A stretch of DNA of 64,000 bases, from NCBI GenBank assembly GCA_977017645.1, contig OZ360254.1, positions 35,030,001 through 35,094,000 of the forward strand, written 5' to 3'. A program made the position numbers and the translations under genes. The DNA comes from Torpedo marmorata (lineage: Eukaryota). Position 1 is the first letter of the stretch. Each line of letters begins with the position of its first letter. Below, piece by piece: positions 12,151 to 25,498 of this stretch. Under the pieces are notes generated by a model, which searched no databases, was not told where the DNA came from, and saw only the letters and a program-made list of their open reading frames with translations.

Positions 12151-15100
12151 TCAGAATCCGAATTTATTGTCATGAACAAGTCATGAAATTCGGTGTTTTG
12201 CGGCAGCATCATAGTGCAATTAACATTCATATTAGCCATTCTAACGACATTACTATAAAAATTATAAACAATAGTGCACGAAAAGTAAGGCAGTGTCTTT
12301 GGTTCACTGATTATTCAGGAATCTGATGGCAGCGGGGAAGAAGCTGTCCTTGTGCCGTTGAGTGCTCGACTTTAGGCTCCTGTACCTTTTCCCTGATGGA
12401 AGCAGAGTGAAGAGGGCATGGCCTGGGTGGTGGGGGTCCTTGAGGATAGAGGCTGCTTTTTTAAGACACCGCCTCATGTAGATGTCCTCGATGGAGTGAA
12501 GTTTGGTGCCTGTGATGTCACAAGCCGAGTTAACAACCTTCTGGAGTTTACTCTTGTCCTGGGAGTTGGCGCCACCATACCAGGCAGTGATGCAACCAGC
12601 CAGAATGCTCTCCACGGTACACCTGTAGAAGTTTACGAGAGTCTTTGGTGACATACCGAATCTCCGCAAACACCTCACAAAGTATAGCCGCTGACGAGCC
12701 TTCTTTGTGATTGCATCCACGTGGATGCTCCAGGACAGATCCTCGGAGATGTTGACACCCAGGAATTTGAAGTTCTTGACCCTCTCCACGACTGAGCCCT
12801 CGATGAGGACTGGGTCGTGTTCCCCTGACTTCCTCCGGAAGTCCACAATCATCTCCTTGGTTTTGCTGACGTTGAGCTCAAGGTTGTTGTCATTACACCA
12901 TTCAACGAGCTGATCTATCTCCCTCCTGTACGCTTCCTCATTGCCGTTTGTGATTCTGCCAACAACTGTGGTGTCATCGGAAAACTTGTATATGGCATTG
13001 GAATTGTGCCTGGCCACACAGTCATGAGTGTATAACGAGTAGAGCAGTGGACTAAGCACGCATCCTTGGGGTGCGCCTGTGTTGATAATCAGTGAGGAGG
13101 AGACGTTGTTTCCAATTCGTACTGACTGTGGTCTTCCGATGAGAAAGTCAAGGATCCAGTTGCAGAGTGGGGTACAGACCTAGAGTTTGTAGCTTCTTGA
13201 CCAGCACTGAGGGAATAATGGTATTGAAGGCCAAGCTGTAGTCGATGAAGAGCAACCGTATGTATGAATTGCTGTTTTCGAGGTGATCCAGAGCTGAGTG
13301 GAGAGCCAGCGATATTGCATCTGCTGTGGAGCGGTTGTGGCGATAGGCGAATTGCTGTGTGTCCAGATCTTTGCTTAGGTATGTGTTAATTCTGGCCATA
13401 ACCAGCCTCTCAAAGCATTTCATCACAGTAGAAGTTAGTGCTACTGGGCGGTAGTCGTTGAGGCAGCTCACACTACTCTTCTTGGGTACCGGGATGATTG
13501 ATGCCCTTTTGAAGCAGGTGGGAACCTCTGACTGCCGCAATGAGAGGTTGAAAATGTCCGTGAACACTCCGGCTAGTTGGTTGGCGCAGATTTTCAATAC
13601 CCTGCCAGGTACGCCGTCAGGGCCTGACGCCTTGCGAGGGTTCACCCTCTTGAATGATGTTCTGACGTCGCCCTCAGAGACAGATATCACAGGGTCCTCA
13701 GCCTTTTCAGGGATTCTAGTAGGCACTGTTTTGTTCTTCTTCTCAAAGCGGGCATAGAAGGTGTTCAGCTCATCGGGTAGTGAAGCATCACAGCCGTCTA
13801 TAGTGTTCGCCCTCACTTTGTAGGCTGTAATGGCCTGCACTCCCTGCCATAGCTGGCGTGTATCTGTCTCTGTCTCTAGCTTCCTTCGGAATTGCCACTT
13901 TCCTTCAGAGATGGCCTTCCGCAGGTCGTGCCTGGACTTTTTGTAAAGATCCCGGTCCCCGGCCTGAAACGCCCTTGTTCTCGTCCTCAGCAGGTTGTGA
14001 ATTCTTTGATTCATCCAGGGCTTCTGGTTGGGGAACACCCGGTACTTGCGCGTGGGCACACACTCATCCACGCAGGTCTTGATGAAGTCAGTGACACCTG
14101 TTGCATATTCATTTAGGTTTATGGCTGAGTGCTTGAATATGTTCCAGTCCACCGATTCAAAGCAGTCCTGCAGACGCTCCTCCGCCTCCCTCGACCACAC
14201 TTTCGCCGTCCTCTCCACTGTTGCTGTGGTCTTCAGTCTCTGCTTGTACGCCGGGAGTAGAAGTACAGCCAGGTGATCAGACTTGCCGAAGTGCGGTCGT
14301 GGTATGGCTCGGTATGCGTTCTTCACGGTGGTGTAGCAGTGGTCGAGTGTGTTGGTTCCCCTGGTCTTGCAAGTGATGTGTTGGTGGTAGTTTGTCAGTG
14401 ACTTCTTCAGATTGGCCTGATTGAAGTCTCCCACAATGATCGGGAAGGCATCAGGATGTGCTGTCTCATGGCTGTTTATCACAGTGCTCATTCCCTCCAG
14501 TGCCAGCCTGACGTTAGCCTGGGGCGGAATGTACACTACGACCAGGATGATGGCGGTGAACTCCCTCGGCAGATAGAATGGGCGACACTTGATTGCCAGA
14601 TGTTCCATGTCGGGGGAGCAGGACTGGGACATGACCGTCACGTCTGTGCACCACGATGAGTTGATGATGACACACACACCGCCTCCCCTGGTTTTTCCAG
14701 ACGCCGGTGTTCGGTCAGCGTGATGGAGGGTGTAGCCCTTGGGCTGTAGCGCCGTGTCTGGAATGTCCTTGTTTAGCCACGTTTCTGTAAAGCACATCAC
14801 GCAGCACTCCCTGATGACTCTCTGATGTTGAAGTCTGGCTTGGAGTTCATCAAATTTGTTCTCCAAGGATTGTACGTTGGCCAGGAGGATGGTAGGGAGC
14901 GGAAGCTTCAGGTCCCCGCGTCTCAGCTTGACTTGTAGCCCCCCTCTGCGTCCACGTGGTCAGGACTTCTTTACCTGGCCCTTGGGTCCGCTGCCGGTAG
15001 GTCCTGCAGTGTTTAAATGGTCGGTGCGCTGTCCCTTTAAATCCTGCGCGATTTGTAATTGTGTTGAGCGCCTGCTGTTTGCGACTCCCGAAGTTTAAAT

Positions 15101-15394
15101 GGCCCGTTCTCTGGCCGTTTAAAACTCCCGCGGTGTTGCAGCAGTACTTGCGTGAGTTGTTTAAAGGTCCCGCGGCCCGACGGAGACTGCTGCTGTACTT
15201 GCGTGAGTTGTTTAAAGGTCCCGCGGTGCCGATTCCTAGTTCTGCCAGCGATCTTTGGACATCCACGTTGTTGGGTAAGTTTGCTTTTGTGTTCCTTGTT
15301 TTTTGTCTGATTTTTAGAAGTTCTGAACGGGAATATTTGATTATTCCCGTCAGAGCTGCACGCAAAGAGTCGCCGGTGCAAGGCGCCATTTTTC
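12151..15394 (-). mobile_element. Near full-length Rex1/Babar LINE (subfamily A, TTCTGA tail)
   Basis: 5' AAAATGGCGCC; APE endonuclease (FTETWL, GDFN, TLDHCY, SDH) plus RT in ORF 13148-14866; C-terminal part in 12304-13059 ([28 protein letters not shown]). Frameshifts near 14990 and 13180. Confidence 0.92.
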
Positions 15395-16020
15395 CATCTA
15401 ACGACATTACTATAAAAAATTATAAACAATAGTGCACGAAAAGTAAGGCAGTGTCTTTGGTTCATTGATTATTCAGGAATCTGATGGCAGCGGGGAAGAA
15501 GCTGTCCTGGTGCCATTGAGTGCTCGTCTTTAGGCTCCTGTACCTTTTTTCCCGATGGAAGCAGAGTGAAGAGGGCATGGCCTGGGTGGTGGGGGTCTTT
15601 GAGGATAGAGGCTGCTTTTTCAAGACACTGTCTCATGTAGATGTCCTCGATGGAGTGAAGTTTGGTGCCTGTAATGTTACAGGCCGAGTTAACAACCTTC
15701 TGGAGTTTACTCTTGTCCTGGGAGTTGGCGCCTCCATACCAGGCAGTGATGCAACCAGCCAGAATGCTCTCCACGGTACACCTGTAGAAGTTTACGAGAG
15801 TCTTTGGTGACATACCGAATCTCCGCAGACACCTCACAAAGTATAGCCGCTGACGAGCGTTCTTGGTGATTGCATCAACGTGGATGCTCCAGGACAGATC
15901 CTCGGAGATGTTGACACCCAGGAATTTGAAGTTCTTGACCCTCTCCACGACTGAGCCCTCGATGATGACTTCCTCCTGAAGTCCACAATCATCTCCTTGG
16001 TTTTGCTGACGTTGAGCTCA
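15395..16020 (-). mobile_element. 5'-truncated Rex1/Babar A copy whose 3' tail lies at 12069-12150
   Basis: ORF 15469-15948 is near-identical to 12304-13059; the 3'UTR breaks at 15395 and resumes at 12150. Confidence 0.88.
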
Positions 16021-16665
16021 AGGCTGTGTATGTTGTCTACATGGTCTTTTGTAAGGCCTTTGACAAGTTCCCACATGGGAGGTTAGTCAGGAAGGTTCAG
16101 ACGCTCGGTATTCAAGGCTGTTAACTTGATTCGACACTGGCTTTACAGGAGAAGCCAGAGAGTGGTAGTGGATGATTGCCTCTCCGACTGGAAACCTATG
16201 ACCAGTGATGTGCCTCAGGGATCAGTGCTAGGTCCATGGCTGTTTGTCATCTCTATCAATGATCTGTATGTTAATATGGTAAATTGGATCAGCAAATTTG
16301 CAGATGACAAAGATTGGAGCTGTAGTGGACAGCAAAGAAGGCTTTCAAAGCTTGCAGAGAAATCTGGACCAGCTGGAAAAATGGGCTGAAAAATGGCAGA
16401 TGGAATTTAATGCAGACAAGTGTGAGTTGTTGTGTTTTGGAAGGACAAACCAAGAAAGGACATACACGGTAAATGGTAGGGCACTGAGGAGTGCGGTAGA
16501 ACAGAGGGATCTGGGAATACAGATACACAATTCCCTGAAAGTGGCGTCACAGGTGGATAGAGTCATAAAGCTTTTGGCACATTGGCTTTCATAATTCAAA
16601 GTATTGAGTACAGGAGTTGGGATATCATGGTGAAGTTCTACAAGACATTGGTGAGGCCAAATTTG
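16021..16665 (+). mobile_element. CR1 RT fragment (right part)
   Basis: VPQGSVLGP.LF, SKFADD and WQMEFNADKC motifs; frameshifted. Confidence 0.9.
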
Positions 16666-17291
16666 GGAGGTGGTGAATGGGTCATGGGCAACACGTGCAT
16701 GCGGCAAATCAAACATACTCCCATCTCCAATATCCCAGATCATCACAGCCTGCCCTCAATCCCAATTAAATGGAAACACCTACTGGACATTCCTTTCCCT
16801 GAAAAGTCTGCATGGTGACAAATGAACCTCAAATTCAAATTATAAATATTGTCAAGCCATTGAGGAAAACAACACTTTTGGATTGTTTGCAATGTTAACT
16901 TTCACCATGGAATGGAACAAATTGAATTGAGCAGCAGGTCTTGAATGATTGGGGGGGATTGAACATGTACAGAATTTAACTACTCATGTTCTCTTTAAAT
17001 TCCTCATCATTTGATTTCCCCCACCCGCCTCAATGTAAAATGTAATCATTCTGGACTGATTGACAACACGAATCAGACAACCTTGCCCATACCAACCAAA
17101 ATGGTTTCTTTTTTTGACAACAACCTTCAAAAGTGGAGCCAAAATAGAACTTAACTGCATAATATACTGGTACTTCACTTAGTACTGACGAGGCATTCCG
17201 TGAACTAGAGTGCTAATTGAACCAGCTTTAAAAGGGGTCATTATATACCACAATTTAATTGGCTGAGTGCCAATGCTACAGTGCACTCATT

Positions 17292-17647
17292 TATGACTTT
17301 TACACAGCCGCTGCATAATGGTAAAATCTCGGAAATTTCCCGTTATGCTGGCTGTGTAAAAATGTCGTGATGGAAACTAGTAACTAATTTCCGTCCCGAC
17401 ATTTTTCCTGCAGCAGCCCTAGACATTTTTGCGGACTGCCTGCAGTCTAAACTGAACTGCAGGCGTTCCGCAAAAATGGGCTAATGAATACGACGTCTGA
17501 GTCGACGTCGACCCACGTCCACCCTCCGGAATCACCGCAACGCAGGAAGTTAGTGTAAACGTCCATCCTGTATGAACGGCTACTCCGGAGGGTAAGTATG
17601 CAAATTGATGACGGGAAAATCTCAGTACTTCTGTCTAAAAGTGGTAA
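17292..17647. mobile_element. Possible Harbinger-like MITE
   Basis: Degenerate terminal inverted repeats ACTTTTTACACAG / CTGTCTAAAAGT and a CpG-rich interior. Confidence 0.4.
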
Positions 17648-17791
17648 CAGACAGAGCAAGTGTACACAACAGGGCTATGTTCAACAAGATGGTGAGTTTA
17701 TGGTCTTTTTTAATTTATTTTTACTAATATACTGGAGGTCACTTTCCCCGATCTAAGAGTGCTGCAATGGGTCTGTAGGATAGTGCTAGAG

Positions 17792-18141
17792 CAGTGGTTT
17801 TCAAACTTTTTCTTTCCACTCACATACCACCTTAAGTAATCCCTATGCCATAGATGCTCTGTGATTAGTAAGGGATTACTTAAGGTGGGTCTGTGAGTGG
17901 GAAAAAGAGGTTGAGAACCACTGCTCGAGAACCAATTGTTACTGAAATATTTTGCTTGAGAAAAATTGTCATTGGCCCATTTCCTTTGGAGTTATGAAAC
18001 CATGCACATAACGAGTTTTCAAACTTTTTCTTTCCACTCACATACCACCTTAAGTAATCCCTTACTAATCACAGAGCACCTATGGCATAGGGATTACTTA
18101 AGGTGATATGTGAGTGGAAAGAAAAAGTTTGAAAACCACTG
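17792..18141. mobile_element. hAT (Charlie-like) MITE, dimeric
   Basis: TIR CAGTGGTTTTCAAACTTTTTCTTTCCACTCACAT at both ends; perfect 8-bp TSD TGCTAGAG at 17784-17791 and 18142-18149. Confidence 0.92.
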
Positions 18142-20088
18142 TGCTAGAGGGTTCCAAGGTGAGAAATCACATTGCGGGTGAGAAGGGAACCATTGAAACA
18201 GAGCATCATTTAAGGGAAATCTGGATGCATTTTAAATGAACTACTGTTCAATGAGAAAAGTCACAGCAAAATTTGTTTATAAAGTAGCTGACTTGCACAA
18301 AGTTGCAAAAGTCACTGGTGCTCAGAAGGCACTGCCAACTGCTCGTATTCCACTTTTACAATCTAGGTCATTATTGAAAACTCTTGGGTGCAGCTCACAC
18401 TTTATTGCAAATGTAACATATGTACACTTGTCAAAATTATTTTTTCTCAACACATCGCCAAATTGGCTCTGTGAAGTGACCTTGCAAGTGCAAATACAAG
18501 CTTCCAGTGGTTTCTTGGGGACCTCTGATCCAAATTATGTGTAATTGCACACCCCAAACAAATCATTTTGGGGAAGCCCAGAGGCCAACAACTTGGAAAC
18601 ATTGGTGCACTGTTACCACCAGGAAAACTGTGTGACTGACTCATCGTCTAATCAGCTTTCAGAACTGTGTACAAGGTTCATCTGTTATGCAACCACGAGA
18701 AAAGGGTAATTTTCGTGCAAGGCTAATGTCCTGATGAGGAACTGGAGCTCAATAAAAGTTACATGAATGCCTTGAGGTTGTTCAGACACTACAGTCAGAA
18801 TAAAGTCGGGGGAAACTTGGCAACTATAGGAAGAAATGAAACACATGCGAAAGGTTATTGTAGAATATGATTTTTTTTCCTCACTTTAAAGACACTAACT
18901 CAACCACTTGGATCCAAAGGGATGAACACTCTGAATGAATATCAACTGAAAATACTTTCGGTCTCCAAAGATCAAGTTTCTTATCATAACCAGGCTCAAT
19001 ATCCTAAACACTCAGCAGGGGGGTTCCAACAACAGAGCCACTGGCTGACCTATTGAAACTCCCGAGGCAACAGAAAGCAAGGAATTGTTCAAAAAGTACT
19101 TTTCTTGACAACTGGGGGACCCCCAAGGAACATTACAACAGTGAATGCACTCATTTAACAAAAAGGTAGAAAATGAGTCCGCTATATACTTGCACACACC
19201 ATGTTCATATAAATAGCAATGTGATAATGACCCATTTATTTAAAAAGAAATGTTGGTTGAAGGGCAAATATTGGCCAGAGGTCTTCCCCTGGTCTTCCAA
19301 CTGAACCTCAAGATCTTTATATCCACAAGGGCTGGACAAGGCTTGAGTTTAAAACTTGAAACAATATAGTGCTAACCCTAACTGGACTCAAATCCCTACA
19401 ACTTTCTTATGCAGATGCAAGAATGCCAGCAATCGAAGCAGCATCAAAATGATTTCCCAGCCAATGATTCAATAGAGGGGGCAGGGAAAGCCAATGGAAA
19501 AAGCAGGAAAAATCTACCATGGGGGTGGGAGAGCACATCCTTCTACAGTACAGGAACACTTGGTGGTTCGTGCAACTAGGAATACATCACAGAGCCCCAT
19601 TTATTTTGTTTTGAATGGAAGGTTGTGCCCCAAGCCATTTGAAGTTATTTTATTATGACTTCACTAATGTGGGAAAATGTTCCATTTCCACTGTCTGGGG
19701 ACCACTCGAGCATCGTAAAAGGAAGTCCATTACTTAACTTGTTCTGCTAAAAGCTGCACAATGCCAAGTTGGTACTGTAATCTAGACCTTGTTAATAGCT
19801 CCTTAAAAATTATACCTGCTTTACAAGCTAGTCAAGTGGCAATAGGAGAGCAATGCAACAAAAAATCAAGCCACAGTGATTTAAAGAAAGATTTCAATCC
19901 CACACCCATAACAAACCACCAAATGCTTTTTCCACAGTTGCAAATCTCGATGGGCCCAAGGCATTCCTCCTACATGCAGGCTGCAAGAGGAAGTAAGCCC
20001 TTCTCCAAACATCCTGAAGAGAATTTCCATCGTCCTGTACTCTGGTGCACAAAATTAGAAGCAAACAACATACTTTGAAGTCTTAAAC

Positions 20089-20314
20089 CCAAGCAGTGGT
20101 GTTCGGGAGTGCCACTGTACCATATCCAAGCAGTGGTGTTCGGGAGTGCCACTGTACCATACCCAAGCAGTGGTGTTCGGGAGTGCCACTGTACCATACC
20201 CAAGCAGTGGTGTTCGGGAGTGCCACTGTACCATATCCAAGCAGTGGTGTTCGGGAGTGCCACTGTACCATATCCAAGCAGTGGTGTTCGGGAGTGCCAC
20301 TGTACCATATCCAA
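20089..20314. repeat. 6 x 37-bp minisatellite with an internal hairpin
   Basis: Unit CCAAGCAGTGGTGTTCGGGAGTGCCACTGTACCATAY starts at 20089, 20126, 20163, 20200, 20237 and 20274. Confidence 0.97.
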
Positions 20315-20335
20315 ACTGCAACTTTCCATCAGTTA

Positions 20336-20584
<249 letters not shown>

Positions 20585-20832
20585 CTAAAAATAAACGCAC
20601 AAAAAAAAAATTGAACAACCGAACCGTCGTCGGAGACCAGGACATACAGTTGAAGAACCAAATGAAAACAATATTCTGAAAATAAAATACTTGCAAAATG
20701 TGGTCCAAGCTTCCAAGAAATCAGATCAATATTACTGGTTTACAAAGTGAAAAATAATTTCAATTCCCAGCTTTCAACATACCAGTAAAGGAAACAACAT
20801 GCAAGAGAGCAAATTGTGAGCATGATGCTCAC

Positions 20833-21446
20833 TGGGTGTCAACATCTCCGAGGATCTGTCCTGGAGCCTCCACGTTGATGCAATCACAAAGAAGGCTCGC
20901 CAGCGGCTATACTTTGTGAGGTGTCTGAGGAGATTCGTTATGTCACCGAAGACGCTCGTAAACTTCTACAGGTGTACCATGGAGAGCATTCTGGCTGGTT
21001 GCATCACTGCCAGGTATGGAGGCGCCAACTCCCAGGACAAGAGTAAACTCCAGAGGGTTGTTAACTCGGCTTGTGACATCACAGGCACCAAACTTCATTC
21101 CATCGAGGACATCTACATGAGGCGGTGTCTTAAAAAAGCAGCCTCTAGCCTCAAAGACCCCCACCACCCAGGCCATGCATGCCCTCTTCACTCTGCTTCC
21201 ATCGGGAAAAAGGTACAGGAGCCTAAAGATGAGCACTCAATGGCACAAGGACAGCTTCTACCCCGCTGCCATCAGATTCCTAAATAATCAATGAACCAAA
21301 GACACTGCCTTACTTTTCGTGCACTTTTAATATATATATTTTTATAGTAATGTCGTAAGATGGTTATAATATGAATGTTTGCACTATGATGCTGCCGCAA
21401 AACACCGAATTACATGACTTGTTCATGACAATAAATTCTGATTCTG
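20833..21446 (+). mobile_element. Rex1/Babar A 3' fragment
   Basis: Homologous to the subfamily A C-terminus and 3'UTR; ends AATAAATTCTGATTCTGA. Confidence 0.9.
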
Positions 21447-22120
21447 ACATCACATACAACCCTGAGATTCCTTTTTCCTGTGGGCGAGGCAGAATTACCA
21501 CTTATTAGTAGTGCAAAAAAAACTGTACACAACGCACACATGTAAACAAATAAAGAAATGTAAACAAACTGCAATACAGAGAGGAAAAATATCAATAAAG
21601 TGCAAAAGAGTCCTTAAATGTGTCCCTGATTGAGTTTGTTGAGGAGTGTGATGGTGGAGGGGTAGCAGCTGTTCCTGAACCTGGTGGTGTGAGTCTTGTG
21701 GCACCTATACCTCTTTCCTGATGGCAGCAGCGAGAACAGAGCGTGTTCTGGGTGGTGTGGGTCTTTGATGATTGCCGCTGCTCTCCGACGGCAGTGCGTT
21801 CCCTGCAGATGCTCTCAATATTGGGGAGGGTTTTGCCTGTGATGTCCTGGGCTGTGTCCACTACCTTTTGCAGGGCTTTATGCTACGGGGGTATTGGTGT
21901 CCCCATAACAGACCGTGATGCAGCCGGTCAGCACACTTTCCACCACACATCTGTAGAAATTTGCCAGGGTTTCCATTGTCATACCAAATCTCCACAAACT
22001 CCTGAGGAAGTAGAGGCGTTGACGTGCTTTCTTCACGATGCCATTCGTGTGTTGGGTCCAGGAAAGATCCTCCGAGATAGTGACTCCCAAGAACTTAAAT
22101 TTGCTCACCCTCTCCACTGG
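21447..22120 (-). mobile_element. Rex1/Babar subfamily B 3' fragment
   Basis: [33 protein letters not shown]; homologous to 58016-58770. Confidence 0.88.
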
Positions 22121-22138
22121 TGATTATTAATTGAAGCA

Positions 22139-22325
22139 GTGAAACAAAAGTTTGCAGACGCTGTGATTGGAGTAAAAACAAAAATGCTGGAGGAACTCAG
22201 CAGGTCACACAGCGTCCATAGTAGGTAAAGACACATAACCAACGAAGGGCTCAGGCCCGAAACGTCGGTAATATATCTTTACCTCCTATGGACGCTGCGA
22301 GACCTGCTGAAGTTCCTCCAGCATC
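22139..22325. mobile_element. Palindromic PLE-end derivative with a central hammerhead-like remnant
   Basis: Arms ATGCTGGAGGAACTCAGCAGGTC / GACCTGCTGAAGTTCCTCCAGCAT around GAAGGGCTCAGGCCCGAAACGTC; imperfect TSD AATT(G/T)AAGCA. Confidence 0.7.
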
Positions 22326-22792
22326 AATTTAAGCAGATACATTGCTCACGAGAAATGATTCCTGTAACATCACAATGGCAACTCTAGCTGTAAATACCAG
22401 CCACCCTCCTTCATCAGAAACCACAGCAGTTAGCTTTAAGCAGTTTACTTGTACAAACAACCATTCCGACTCACGAGAGAATAACTAATTCAAAGCAATT
22501 TGGAAAGCATGAAGACCATTTTTGGCCACTCAGCCCATTCTTTCCACCCATGAAGTACAACTTAACCTGCCATGGACTCCACCCAAGCCTTGAATAGAAG
22601 TGGCATGGCATTTACCCTCTATAGCATAGAACATTACAGCACATTTCAGGCCCCTCGATGTTGTGCTGACCTATATATTCCTTCCAAAAAAAGTACTAAA
22701 CCCTTCCTACCTCGTAACCCTCTATTTTCCTTTCATCCATGTGCCTGCCTAAGAGTCTCTTAAATGCCCCTAATGTTTCAGCCTCCACCACT

Positions 22793-24716
22793 GCGTGGAT
22801 GAGTGTGTGCCCACGCGCAAATACCGGGTGTTCCCCAACCAGAAGCCCTGGATCAATCAGAGAATTCGCAACCTGCTGAGGGCGAGAACAAGGTCGTTTA
22901 AGGCTGGGGATCGGGATCTTTACAAGAAGTCCAGGCACGTCCTGCGGAAGGCCATCTCTGAAGCAAAGTGGCAATTCCGGAGGAAGCTGGAGACAGAGAC
23001 AGATACACGCCAGCTATGGCAGGGAGTGCAGGCCATTACAGCCAACAAAGCGAGGGCGAACACTATAGACGGCTGTGATGCTTCACTACCCGATGAGCTG
23101 AACATCTTCTATGCCCGCTTTGAGAAGAACCAAACAGTGCCTACTAGAATCCCTGAAAAAGCTGAGGACCCTGTGATATCTGCCTCTGAGGGCGACGTCA
23201 GAACATCATTCAAGAGGGTGAACCCTCGCAAGGCATCAGGCCCTGACGGCGTACCTGGCAGGGTACTGAAACTCTGCGCCAACCAACTAGCCGGAGTGTT
23301 CACGGACATTTTCAACCTCTCAATGCGGCAGTCAGAGGTTCCCACCTGCTTCAAAAGGGCATCAATCATCCCAGTACCCAAGAAGAGTAGTGTGGGCTGC
23401 CTCAACGACTACCGCCCAGTAGCACTAACTTCTACTGTGATGAAATGATTTGAGAGGCTGGTCATGGCCAGAACTAACACGTACCTAAGCAAAGATCTGG
23501 ACCCACTGCAATTCGCCTATCGTCACAATCGCTCCACAGGAGATGCAATATCGCTGGCTCTCCACTCAGCTCTGGATCACCTCGAAAACAGCAATTCATA
23601 CATACAGCTGCTCTTCATCGACTACAGCTCGGCCTTCAATACCATTATTCCCTCAGTGCTGGTCAAGAAGCTACAAATTCTCGGCCTCTGTACCCCCCTC
23701 TGAAACTGGATCCTTGACTTTCTCATCGGAAGACCACAGTCAGTACGAATTGAAAACAACGTCTCCTCCTCACTGATTATCAACACAGGCGCACCCCAAG
23801 GATTCGTGCTTAGTCCACTGCTCTACTCATTATACACCCATGACTGTGTGGCCAGGCACAATTCCAATGCCATCTACAAGTCTGCCGATGATACCACAGT
23901 TGTCGGCAGAATCACAAACGACAATGAGGAAGCGTACAGGAGGGAGATAGATCAGCTCGTTGAATGGTGTAATGACAACAACCTTGAGCTCAACGTCAGC
24001 AAAACGAAGGAGATGATTGTGGACTTCAGGAGGAAGTCAGGGGAACACGACGCAGTCCTCATCGAGGGCTCAGTAGTGGAGAGGGTCATGAACTTCAAAT
24101 TCCTGGGTGTCAACATCTCCGAGGATCTGTCCTGGAGCCTCCACGTTGATGCAATCACAAAGAAGGCTCGTCAGCGGCTATACTTTGTGAGGTGTCTGAG
24201 GAGATTCGGTTTGTCACCGAAGACTCTCGTAAACTTCTACAGGTGTACCGTGGAGGGCATTCTGGCTGGTTGCATCACTGCCTGGTATGGAGGCGCCAAC
24301 TCTCAGGACAAGAGTAAACTCCAGAGGGTTGTTAACTCAGCCTGTGACATCACAGGCACCAAACTTCACTCCATCGAGGACACCTACATGAGGCGGTGTC
24401 TTAAAAAAGCAGCCTCTATCCTCAAAGACCCCCACCACCCAGGCCATACTCTCTTCACTCTGCTACCATCGGGAAAAAGGTACAGGAGCCTAAAGACGAG
24501 CACTCAACGGCACAAGGACAGCTTCTTCCTCGCTGCCATCAGATTCCTGAATAACCAATGAACCAAAGACACTGCCCTACTTTTCGTGCACTATTATTTA
24601 TAATTTTTTATAGAAATGTCGTAAGATGGTTCTAAAATGAATGTTAATTGCACTGTGATGCTGCTGCAAAACACCGAATTTCATGACTTGTTCATGACAA
24701 TAAATTCTGATTCTGA
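22793..24716 (+). mobile_element. 5'-truncated Rex1/Babar A inserted into a CR1 3' end (22620-22791 and 24717-25098, minus)
   Basis: RT ORFs 22795-23448 and 23806-24561 with in-frame stops; the flanks rejoin as CR1 GCCTCCACCAC..ATCCCTGGCAAGGCATTCC. Confidence 0.9.
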
Positions 24717-25498
24717 TCCCTGGCAAGGCATTCCAAGCACCCACAAATCTCTGGGTAAAAAAACATACCCCTGATATCTCCCCTAAACCTTCCTCCCTTC
24801 ACTTTGTACAGATGTCCTCTGGTGTTTGTTATTCCTGCCCTGGGAAAAAGGTGCTGTCTGTCCACCTTATCTATGCCTCTCAGAATCTTGTCGACCTCTA
24901 AGTCTCCTCTCATACTGTTTCGCTCCAATGAGACAAGTCCCAGCTATGCTAACCTTGCCTCATAAGACTTATTTTCCAATCCAGGCAGCATCCTCCCCTG
25001 CTCCCTCTCCATAGCTTCCACATCCTTCCTATCATGAGGTGACCAGAACTGAACACAATATTCTAAGTGTGTTCTCACCAGAGATTTGTGGAGTTGCTCC
25101 TAGTTTGCTGGCAGTTTATACCCAAGCATTTTAGCACAGTTGCCATTCCACAAAACACAACCTGACACACTTAAAACAGATTTCTTTAACGACATGCCTT
25201 CTGAATTTAGCACTCCACCTGCCAACTCGCACAGACTTGAAAAACAAAACCAAATTCCAAACACCAGAACCAAACCAGGCATCAGAAAATCAGATCCTGT
25301 TGATGCCAACACTGGCACCTGGAAGTTGGTTGCAATATTACCTGTGAACACTGACTGCACTCGTGCAAGTCTTTCTCATGACAAGATTAAGTCTTGGCCC
25401 ACTTACTCTGAGCAACTTCAACACAAGAATTTGATACAGCTACATTGGGAAATCGTTTAATGTCAACAACAGTCTTTCGTGGACTGGGGCTAATAGAT

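Noticed and set aside
12304-13059. Possible ALKBH8 N-terminal/DUF1891 host gene
   Set aside because: This domain is the C-terminus of Rex1/Babar ORFs and recurs in many copies with LINE tails.
20089-20314. CRISPR-like array (37-bp palindromic repeats)
   Set aside because: Units are contiguous with no unique spacers, there are no cas genes, and the context is a vertebrate intron.
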